Assembly: GCA_019752595.1 (NCBI GenBank)
Contig: JAIELV010000001.1
Location: forward strand, 618,394 to 682,393
Source of the DNA: Patescibacteria group bacterium
GTDB taxonomy: Bacteria > Patescibacteriota > Minisyncoccia > Phycocordibacterales > Phycocordibacteraceae
Length of the DNA stretch: 64,000 nt
Direction of reading: 5' to 3'
Of this stretch, positions 56,718 to 64,000 are shown in pieces. The notes beneath the pieces are model-generated. The model was not told the DNA's origin. It ran no database searches and saw only the letters and a list, made by a program, of their open reading frames with translations. The position numbers and the translations under genes are program-made. Positions within the stretch are counted from its first letter, which is position 1. Every line of letters begins with the position of its first letter.

Positions 56718-57383
56718 ATGCCCCCCCAGCAAAAAAAGAAGAGCGCTGCCGCACAAGAATTTGTACCCGTAAAAGAGGTGCGTGGTGGCGTCATGATAAT
56801 GAAAGACGGCACACTCGTTGGGGCGCTACTGGCGTCTTCGGTTAACTTTGCCCTCAAATCAGAAGACGAACAGACAGCAATCATTGCACAGTTTCAAAAC
56901 TTCCTTAACTCCCTCGATTTTTCAGTTCAGCTTTTCATGCAGTCGCGAAAGCTCGACATACGCCCATACGTAGCCCTTCTTGATGAGCGCCTGAAAGCAC
57001 AAACAGAGGAGCTCATGAAAATACAAGTCCGAGAATACATAGAATTCGTGAAAACGTTTGTCGAGCAGGCAACCATCATGTCGAAGCGTTTTTTTGTAAT
57101 TGTTCCTTATTCGCCACCAGCACTAAACATACAGAAGGAGCTCCAGAGTAGGGTTTTTGGAAGCCCCGATGTTGAAATCGGAGCTAAGAAGGGGAGTTTT
57201 GAGGAACACCGCACACAACTTGAGCAACGTATGTCCATCGTCGCAGGGGGGCTTGCAGGGTGCGGGGTGCGCACCGCGCAACTAGGCACCGAAGAAATAA
57301 TTGAACTTCTCTACAAGGAATTTAACCCAGGGGAACTTGAAAAACCAATAACCCTGCAACAAAACGCGATACCGCAAAAATAA
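56718..57383 (+). CDS. VirB4/TraC N-terminal-like accessory protein
   Basis: SVNFALKSEDEQ, FLNSLDF, SRKLDI, KRFFVIVPY; lies between prgI and virB4. Confidence 0.75.
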   Translation: MPPQQKKKSAAAQEFVPVKEVRGGVMIMKDGTLVGALLASSVNFALKSEDEQTAIIAQFQNFLNSLDFSVQLFMQSRKLDIRPYVALLDERLKAQTEELMKIQVREYIEFVKTFVEQATIMSKRFFVIVPYSPPALNIQKELQSRVFGSPDVEIGAKKGSFEEHRTQLEQRMSIVAGGLAGCGVRTAQLGTEEIIELLYKEFNPGELEKPITLQQNAIPQK

Positions 57384-57385
57384 CT

Positions 57386-59197
57386 ATGGATTTATTTGAC
57401 TTAATTTCAGGGAAAAAGCCAGAAGAGAAGCAGAAACTCACTCCGTTTTTGCCGAAAGACATTTACGAATCTGCGAAACTTGATTTCGCAGACATCATTG
57501 CGCCTTCAGCGCTCCAAATTACCCCGCGTGAAATGAACTTGGGAGACAAACTCGTGCGCACGTTCTACGTTATTTCGTATCCACGCTATCTTGCAGGAAG
57601 TTGGTTTTCGCCAATTATCAATCTCGACAAAGTGTTCGACATATCAGTATTTATTCACCCGATAGATACTGCCCAAATGCTGAGGCAATTCCAAAAGAGA
57701 GTTGCGGAGGTACAAAGTCAGATTATGAGCCGACAGGAGAAAGGCTTGGTGCGTGATCCAGTGTTGGATACCGCATACCAAGACATTGAAGGGCTGCGCG
57801 ACCAACTACAGCAAGCGCAGGAGCGCATTTTCGACGTGGGGCTTTACATTTCTATATATGGCGATAACCAGGAAGACTTAAACAAAACTGAATCAGAGGT
57901 TCGCTCGATGCTTGACTCAAAGCTCGTGTACGTAAAGCCAGCTCTTTTTCAACAAGAACAGGCATTTATGAGCATTGCACCTTTGGGGAAAGACGTGCTT
58001 TCGATTAACTCGAAGATGAATTCTTCTCCTCTCTCTTCTATTTTCCCATTCGTGTCTTTCGACCTCACCTCTGATAGGGGGATTCTCTACGGCATCAACC
58101 GCCACAATTCCTCTCTTATTTTGTTTGACCGATTTTCTCTTGAAAACTACAACTCCGTGGTATTCGCAAAGTCGGGCTCGGGTAAGTCATACGCAACCAA
58201 ACTCGAAATACTACGAACGCTAATGTTCGACACAGAAGTTATTGTTATCGACCCTGAAAGCGAATACGAATATCTGGCGAACGCCGTCGGCGGGAGATTT
58301 TTCAATATCTCACTCTCATCAGACAACCACATCAATCCGTTTGACCTCCCAACCCCACGTGAAGACGAGTCTCCATCTGACGTCTTGCGTTCAAACATCA
58401 TTAACCTTGTCGGGCTCTTCCGCATCATGCTCGGGAGCCTCACTCCTGAGGAAGACGCGATCGTAGACCGCGCGATTACTGAAACGTACGCCCTCAAAGA
58501 CATCACGGGCGAAACTGATTTCAAAAGCATGGAACCGCCGCTACTTTCTGACTTTGAGCTTGTGCTCGCGGGCATGGAGGGGTCGGAATCACTGGTTCAA
58601 CGCCTGAGTAAATACACCAAAGGTACGTGGGCGGGGTTTATTAACCGACCCACAAACGTCGACATCAACAAGAAGTTCGTTGCGTTCTCAGTTCGAAACA
58701 TGGAAGACGAGTTGAAGCCCGTGGCGATGTACATTGTGACGCACTTCATTTGGAATGCCGTCCGAAAAGAGCTCAAAAAGCGTCTGCTGGTTATTGACGA
58801 GGCGTGGTGGATGATGAAATCCGAAGATACTGCGTCATTCTTATATTCAATGGCAAAACGAGGTCGTAAATACTACCTGGGGCTTGCAACTATTACCCAA
58901 GACGTCGAGGACTTCTTGAAGAGCCCCTACGGTGGGCCGATGCTCACCAACTCATCAATTCAGATACTTTTAAAGCAGTCGCCGACCTCAATTGATGCCG
59001 TGCAAAAGACATTCAACCTAACTGACGAAGAAAAATATCTTCTACTAGAATCTGACGTCGGGGAGGGGATTTTCTTTGCAGGATTGAAGCACGTTTCCAT
59101 AAAAATTATCGCCTCATACACTGAAGACCAGATTATTACTTCGGACCCCTCGCAACTGTTGGCAATCGCGCGCGAACGAAAAGCGGCCCAAGAATAA
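57386..59197 (+). CDS. virB4: VirB4-like T4SS ATPase
   Basis: Walker A AKSGSGKS, IDPESEY, INPFD, Walker B LLVIDEAW, KRGRKY, TQD. Confidence 0.9.
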   Translation: MDLFDLISGKKPEEKQKLTPFLPKDIYESAKLDFADIIAPSALQITPREMNLGDKLVRTFYVISYPRYLAGSWFSPIINLDKVFDISVFIHPIDTAQMLRQFQKRVAEVQSQIMSRQEKGLVRDPVLDTAYQDIEGLRDQLQQAQERIFDVGLYISIYGDNQEDLNKTESEVRSMLDSKLVYVKPALFQQEQAFMSIAPLGKDVLSINSKMNSSPLSSIFPFVSFDLTSDRGILYGINRHNSSLILFDRFSLENYNSVVFAKSGSGKSYATKLEILRTLMFDTEVIVIDPESEYEYLANAVGGRFFNISLSSDNHINPFDLPTPREDESPSDVLRSNIINLVGLFRIMLGSLTPEEDAIVDRAITETYALKDITGETDFKSMEPPLLSDFELVLAGMEGSESLVQRLSKYTKGTWAGFINRPTNVDINKKFVAFSVRNMEDELKPVAMYIVTHFIWNAVRKELKKRLLVIDEAWWMMKSEDTASFLYSMAKRGRKYYLGLATITQDVEDFLKSPYGGPMLTNSSIQILLKQSPTSIDAVQKTFNLTDEEKYLLLESDVGEGIFFAGLKHVSIKIIASYTEDQIITSDPSQLLAIARERKAAQE

Positions 59198-59266
59198 CGG
59201 CAGGCTTGCTTGCTGGATAAAAGTGCAGGTGTCCGCACGTGGGCTATATACTGTACAGAGAGCTCT

Positions 59267-60229
59267 ATGGCGAAAATTTTCGCATTACTTCTACTTTGCA
59301 TCGTGCCCGCTTCAGCGTTTGGTGCGGTGGTGCCTACAATTTCTTTGCGCCCCGTGATTAGCGCAAACCCAAGTTACCAAACTCCAAACGCTTCAGTGGT
59401 CCTTACTGCAATTGCCAAGGTCCCAAAAGGTGAAGTGACGTACACGTGGACCGTGGACGACGTGGAAATTGCCCGAGGTATCGATATAGACAAAATTACT
59501 CTCACTGCGGGGGCAGGGGGCAGTACAAAAGTAGTGCGTGTATTTTTGGTAGACGCGCAGGGGGCTGAGGGTGAAGCGCTGTACCTCATTCGCCCAGGCA
59601 GTGTGGATTTGGTGTGGGAAGGGAACACGTATATACCACCCTTGTACGCTGGGAAGGCCCTCCCCACGGGAGATTCGATGATACAAGTCCAAGCGCTCCC
59701 GCATATAGAAATAGGAAGTGGTCGCGTACCAAAAAATTCTCTTGTGTACACGTGGGAAGTTGAGGGACAGAAGCTTGAGGCGGCATCGGGCTTTGGGAAA
59801 TCCGTACTTCGCATTAAACCAACAAAACTTAAATACCAGACACGAGTTAGTGTTACTGCCTCAACTCCCGATGGCACTATAGGCGCGCGGGCATCGGCAA
59901 CCATACCACTCTATAATCCTGTCGTAGTGATTTATGAAGAAAAGCCCCTTTCGGGAACGTGGTACACACAAGCAACGCCAGCTATGACGACACTCTCTGC
60001 GGACGAAGTAGCATTTCGAGCGATCCCGTATTTTGTTCTTGACCCGAAGAGTGTTTCTTTCGTCTGGACTCTTTCAGGAGAACCGTTTGAAATTGATACC
60101 CCTGACCGTTCAATCGCAGTGTTCAGAAAAACGGGCGAGGGGGCAGGTGAATACCCTGTCGGTGTTACGATAGAAAAGCGCGACAGCCTCTTTGAGCGTG
60201 CTTCTTCAAGATTTGTTCTTTCATTCTAA
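59267..60229 (+). CDS. Secreted Ig/PKD-like beta-sandwich protein
   Basis: Signal peptide, repeated Y/FxW motifs (YTWTVD, YTWEVE, FVWTLS), VDLVWE...PPLY.GKALP. Confidence 0.7.
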   Translation: MAKIFALLLLCIVPASAFGAVVPTISLRPVISANPSYQTPNASVVLTAIAKVPKGEVTYTWTVDDVEIARGIDIDKITLTAGAGGSTKVVRVFLVDAQGAEGEALYLIRPGSVDLVWEGNTYIPPLYAGKALPTGDSMIQVQALPHIEIGSGRVPKNSLVYTWEVEGQKLEAASGFGKSVLRIKPTKLKYQTRVSVTASTPDGTIGARASATIPLYNPVVVIYEEKPLSGTWYTQATPAMTTLSADEVAFRAIPYFVLDPKSVSFVWTLSGEPFEIDTPDRSIAVFRKTGEGAGEYPVGVTIEKRDSLFERASSRFVLSF

Positions 60230-60244
60230 TCTTTTTTCTTTCTC

Positions 60245-61132
60245 ATGAAAAAATTTAAAGCTCTCTGTGTCATCTCCTTGGTTGTTCTTACCTTTGTAAC
60301 TTCATTTGCTTTTGTTGAGGCATCACAATTTCAACCTATCGTCCCCATTCCTGGCGTAACTTCAGAGCAAGGAATTACGTTGACCTTCGCACAGTACGTA
60401 AATCAGATATTCAAGCTGGTGATTTCACTAAGCGCAATACTTGCGGTACTCGTAATTATTTACGGAGGATTTGAGTACATGACTTCCTCCGCAGGCATCA
60501 GCAAGAAAAACGGTATGGAGCGTATCCAGGGCGCAGTGACGGGGCTTTTCCTTCTTTTGTCTGTCACACTCATCTTGCAAATCATCAACCCGTGTATTTT
60601 GGAAATAACGGTTCTTTCGGGGACAACGTCCGAGCAATGCTCGCGCCAAGTGGCCGCAACCCAGGCGACAGGACAAGGTGTGGGCCAGGGGACGGGCCAA
60701 GGCACGGGACAGGGAACAGGACAAGGAGCGGGTCAGACTACTACGGAGCGCCCTTGTCAGGTTTCGGCCAGAGCGAGTACCTGCCCAAGTGGGGCCCCCA
60801 CCGTCGCAAGATGCGCGGCGGGCACTGTATACACTGATGTCCCTGCAACGGGGGGCTGTGTGGCCCCTGCAACAGGAATCGTGCATATCTGTGAAAATGC
60901 TTCTTGTGTGAGAGCCCCTGACCGAGACGGGGCGTGGCGTGTGGTAGCTTCTGAGACAACGCAGTGCCAGTCGAGTGGGGACCCAATACTCCCTGTGGCG
61001 CACTGTTGCACTATTCAGAACCCAACGTGGGCTCAATTTCTTGAAGAAACCTGCTCGGTGCGCACAGGAACCACCCAGTGTAGTGGGACCAAACCAAACA
61101 CGGTGTATATCTGTGGGGGACAATCAAGATAA
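60245..61132 (+). CDS. VirB2-like (T4SS pilin) domain fused to a Cys-rich tail
   Basis: Signal peptide, LAVLVIIYGGFEYMTS...I..AV.GL...INP, GQG repeats and 14 Cys after the TM hairpin. Confidence 0.75.
   Translation: MKKFKALCVISLVVLTFVTSFAFVEASQFQPIVPIPGVTSEQGITLTFAQYVNQIFKLVISLSAILAVLVIIYGGFEYMTSSAGISKKNGMERIQGAVTGLFLLLSVTLILQIINPCILEITVLSGTTSEQCSRQVAATQATGQGVGQGTGQGTGQGTGQGAGQTTTERPCQVSARASTCPSGAPTVARCAAGTVYTDVPATGGCVAPATGIVHICENASCVRAPDRDGAWRVVASETTQCQSSGDPILPVAHCCTIQNPTWAQFLEETCSVRTGTTQCSGTKPNTVYICGGQSR
60668..60736 (+). repeat. Coding 12-nt tandem repeat (xGQG, about six units)
   Basis: TGQGVGQGTGQGTGQGTGQGAGQ with synonymous divergence between units. Confidence 0.8.
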
Positions 61133-61134
61133 GT

Positions 61135-62319
61135 ATGAAAATAAACAGAGGGGCAATCATCTTTATCGTCGTTCTCGGGGGCATCGCGCTCATTATTGTG
61201 GGGGTCATTGCGTTTTCTAATTTACTGAAACAGCCTTCGACAGGAACGGGGGGCGGGGTAGCTGATCTTTTCTCCTCACTGTTTCCGTTTGGTCAATCTG
61301 CTTCGCGCCCAAGTGAAAATGGAGCAGAGACAAACACCCCTGAAGATCTGGGTCCTGTGCCAACACTCAGAGAAGTGAGCCGCGGACCAGTAGCAGGATT
61401 TCGAGTATCAAATGCTGGGATACTGTACGTTGAGCAAAACACGGGTCATATTTTTCAAACACCGACTGAAAGTCTGGCTGTAACACGCCGAGCAAATACC
61501 ACATTCCCTGGCCTAGAGCGCGCGGTGTGGCTTTCAGACTCCGCGGTAATTTTCCAAAATATAGACACGGAAAAAACTGAAAATTTTCTTGTTTCTTTTG
61601 CAACCACTTCGGTGGACCAGCAAGTGAGTAGCAGACCACTCTCGAGTTTTAATTCGGTTGTGGCAGAGCCAAATCTTCAACTCATGGTGCTAACGCAGAG
61701 GGCGGGAGGTACCAGGATTTCAGTTTCAAGCTACGACGAAACACGTAAAGACACTGTATTTACTTCCCCGATGCTTTCGTGGCGCGCATTCCCTGCAGGA
61801 GATGACGTACTCGTTGAAACTACACCATCTGATGGTCTTGGTTTTTTGTACAGAATTCTTGGGGGCGGGGAGCTTGAGAAAATCGTGGGAAGTGTGCCAG
61901 GGCTCATGGCCGTCCCGCGTGCTGACGGGGCATATATTGCGGTCAGTTCGGTAAGCGGCACATCGGCTCGGCTCTCTTTTATAGACAAGGACGGAATCTT
62001 TGCGGGGGCATCGCCCATAGCCACATTTGCTGAGAAATGCGGGTGGTTCCCTGGAAACGAGCCTGCAGTTGCGTGCGGGGTACCAGAATCTGTAGCAGGC
62101 GCTTCCATAGATTCTTGGTATATGGGACTCCAAACATTTAGTGACACCGTGTGGATAATCCGCCCATCTAGTGAGACAGGTACGTTTATAAAAAATCTAG
62201 AGACGGAAGCGGGACGCCCGATTGATGTTATTGACCCGCACGTGAGCCCCGACGGGCGGTACTTCATTTTCAAAAACAAAAACGACCTTTCGTTGTGGTC
62301 GTTGGATTTAACTCGATAG
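61135..62319 (+). CDS. Membrane-anchored beta-propeller-like protein
   Basis: N-terminal TM, YVEQNTGHIF, FAEKCGW...CGVP and TolB/PD40-like SPDGRYFIF. Confidence 0.7.
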   Translation: MKINRGAIIFIVVLGGIALIIVGVIAFSNLLKQPSTGTGGGVADLFSSLFPFGQSASRPSENGAETNTPEDLGPVPTLREVSRGPVAGFRVSNAGILYVEQNTGHIFQTPTESLAVTRRANTTFPGLERAVWLSDSAVIFQNIDTEKTENFLVSFATTSVDQQVSSRPLSSFNSVVAEPNLQLMVLTQRAGGTRISVSSYDETRKDTVFTSPMLSWRAFPAGDDVLVETTPSDGLGFLYRILGGGELEKIVGSVPGLMAVPRADGAYIAVSSVSGTSARLSFIDKDGIFAGASPIATFAEKCGWFPGNEPAVACGVPESVAGASIDSWYMGLQTFSDTVWIIRPSSETGTFIKNLETEAGRPIDVIDPHVSPDGRYFIFKNKNDLSLWSLDLTR

Positions 62320-62335
62320 CAAAACGTGTAGAGCG

Positions 62336-62830
62336 CTACGTGGTTTCAGTGGGGGCGGGCTTGGGAGCGCCTGTTTCGGAGTAGCGAACGACAATGTGAC
62401 GCATAGCGCCCTCACCAACTGATTCGGTGTACACATTCGGCGACCCTTGAAGTGCTGCGTGAATAATCATGCGGTCATACCCACTCATCGGGCTCATTTC
62501 AATATCATACTTAAATGTACGTGCACGTTCCGCAAGCATATGGGCTTGGTTCTCAAGCGCCTTTATGTGCCTCATGTGGTAACCATTTACATCAACAACA
62601 AATCGGAATGTGTCGTCGGTACCCTTCGTTTCATCTTCATACACTTTTTTCATGAGCATATTCAGCGCCGAGAGCGTGTCCCCGCGGGCACCGATAAGGG
62701 CGCCTGAATCTTTGGTTTGGATGGTGAAAATCGTGTGACCTGCAATGTCTGTCGTTTCTATGTCGTCAACAGAAACCCCCATTTTTTGGGTTATTTCTTT
62801 AAGCGTTTGTGTTATCTGATCTTTTTTCAT
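62336..62830 (-). CDS. jag: Jag/EloR-like KH-R3H RNA-binding protein
   Basis: LIGARGDTL, VDVNGY, R3H (DRMIIH), TESVGEG. Confidence 0.9.
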   Translation of the reverse strand: MKKDQITQTLKEITQKMGVSVDDIETTDIAGHTIFTIQTKDSGALIGARGDTLSALNMLMKKVYEDETKGTDDTFRFVVDVNGYHMRHIKALENQAHMLAERARTFKYDIEMSPMSGYDRMIIHAALQGSPNVYTESVGEGAMRHIVVRYSETGAPKPAPTETT

Positions 62831-63548
62831 TGTGCATTTTGCGGACAAACAGCTCCTGGCCGATTGAGAAAGTATTGCTCACCACGAAGTAAAGTGCAAT
62901 AGAGGCCGAGGTAGCGTAGGCAACAATACCCAGAAGAACGGGGAAAACATACTGCATTTGCAAACTCATACTTCTCTGCAAATCTTCGGAAAAAGACGGC
63001 TCAGAACCTGCCTTTTTTTCAGCTACGGGGGGCATCATGAGCTTCGCAAAGACAAACTGTGTGACTGCGACAATGAGCGCAAGGAGGATGCTCTTTTCTG
63101 AAAGATCCAAAAGCCCAAGGAAGATGAGGGTGGTTTCTGTTGGTACAGATATGAACGAGTAGAGGATAGCGGGGTCAAACGATACAACCTTGCTTTCATT
63201 CTGAAGAACCAAGTAAAGCCCGATAATAACGGGGAGTTGAATAAGGATTAGAAAAAAGCTCGCAAAAGGATTAATTTTGTGTTCTTTAAAGAGCGCCATC
63301 ATTTTTTTAGCGAGCTCTTCTTTGTTTTCTTTATACTTTTCCCTCATCTCCTTTAAGAGAGGGTCGATTTTTCGCATGGTCATCTGCGTTTTTATTGCAG
63401 TCCATGAAATAGGGAAGAGGGCGAGGCGCACCAAAATAGTTACCCCGACTATTGCAAGGCCTATGTCTCCACCAGGAATGAGATTAACGAAAAAAGCGAG
63501 CGCGTTGTAAATCGGCTCGTACACCACTACGTTGAACAAATCTGCCAT
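62799..63548 (-). CDS. yidC: Membrane protein insertase YidC
   Basis: GLAIV..TILVR..LFP, INPF...LIQLP, LYFVVSN. Confidence 0.93.
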   Translation of the reverse strand: MADLFNVVVYEPIYNALAFFVNLIPGGDIGLAIVGVTILVRLALFPISWTAIKTQMTMRKIDPLLKEMREKYKENKEELAKKMMALFKEHKINPFASFFLILIQLPVIIGLYLVLQNESKVVSFDPAILYSFISVPTETTLIFLGLLDLSEKSILLALIVAVTQFVFAKLMMPPVAEKKAGSEPSFSEDLQRSMSLQMQYVFPVLLGIVAYATSASIALYFVVSNTFSIGQELFVRKMHNEKRSDNTNA

Positions 63549-63668
63549 CGGGGCATTGTACCCCGTCAGTAGAACTTGGCGTACTGTTTTTTATAGCAAT
63601 TATGGCGTAATGTATTCTTTTTGTGGGGAGAATTACTCATACCAATACAGATGGACGTAACGGGGACT

Positions 63669-63995
63669 CTAGTATTCGCCAGGAGTTTTTTTTGAAAACT
63701 TTTTTATAAAATCTTCTTTTATGCTCGTGACGCTTATTTTTAAGATTTCACGATTTGGGTAAAAGACATACAACGCACCAGGCACAAGCTCTTTTAGTGT
63801 TTTGAGAGCTTCATACCCCTTTCTTTTTCCTTTATGTCGAAATACCGCACTCTGTATGGTTTTTTTTGAAATCACGACCGTCGCGCGAAATACGGGAGAG
63901 GGGTGTGCACGCAATGTCCCAAAAGAAAAGACGTGGGATGCCCCGCGTCCTTTAGGAAACTGCGCCCGAGATACACGCTCTCGGCGAGGAAGCAT
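63669..63995 (-). CDS. rnpA: Ribonuclease P protein component
   Basis: MLP...R and VVISKK...AVFRHKGKR (RNR-like motif); canonical position upstream of yidC. Confidence 0.82.
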   Translation of the reverse strand: MLPRRERVSRAQFPKGRGASHVFSFGTLRAHPSPVFRATVVISKKTIQSAVFRHKGKRKGYEALKTLKELVPGALYVFYPNREILKISVTSIKEDFIKKFSKKTPGEY

Positions 63996-64000
63996 ACGTT

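Noticed and set aside
60668-60736. Tandem repeat as a CRISPR array or contingency locus
   Set aside because: It is an in-frame 12-nt coding repeat with synonymous divergence, no spacers and no cas genes.
63549-63668. yidD between rnpA and yidC
   Set aside because: The 120-bp gap has no YidD-like frame and contains the yidC promoter.
1-64000. Numerous ORF-track entries antisense to or nested in confident genes (e.g. 203-727, 4295-4879, 5008-5619, 13710-14318, 31666-32142, 60428-61123)
   Set aside because: They are shadow frames of motif-bearing genes, with no motifs or initiation signals of their own.
1-64000. Alternative genetic code (UGA=Gly, as in Gracilibacteria/Absconditabacteria)
   Set aside because: Conserved genes are full length in code 11, and TGA ends genes such as xth and pnp at the expected positions.

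Overview
This window is a 64-kb chromosomal segment read in standard genetic code 11. Its gene content suggests a Patescibacteria (CPR, Parcubacteria-like) genome. That assignment is an inference from the expanded TrmB-family regulators, DUF5667-like anti-sigma protein, PrgI/VirB4/VirB6/pilin cluster, many short ORFans and rare Shine-Dalgarno sites. Housekeeping genes include pilC/pilB, nusA, ppa, tig, clpP, rny, hup, guaA, purB, yraN, a CCA-adding enzyme, xth, a Xer-family recombinase, rpsO, pnp, dksA/traR, comM, uvrD/pcrA, rsmA and jag-yidC-rnpA. There are four tRNAs, a parS cluster near 26 kb, a putative Trp/Tyr ABC transporter between two near-duplicate TrmB regulators, an ECF sigma/anti-sigma pair, a TrpR/YerC-like repressor, an orphan MSMEG_0568-like radical SAM enzyme and a ~16-kb T4SS-like cluster. 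The most unusual signals are non-coding: (1) a 63-nt structured element with compensatory base changes, found 3' of two different tRNA genes, with ends copied from its own tRNA; (2) two copies of a tandem 8-bp CATG-centred operator overlapping promoters, one at the TrpR-like gene and one orphaned at the end of the ABC operon; (3) a 25-bp palindrome present three times between divergent genes; (4) stereotyped TrmB divergons driving micro-ORFs; (5) pervasive leaderless promoter architecture. No CRISPR array, rRNA or transposase was seen. All alignments and folds were done by eye.
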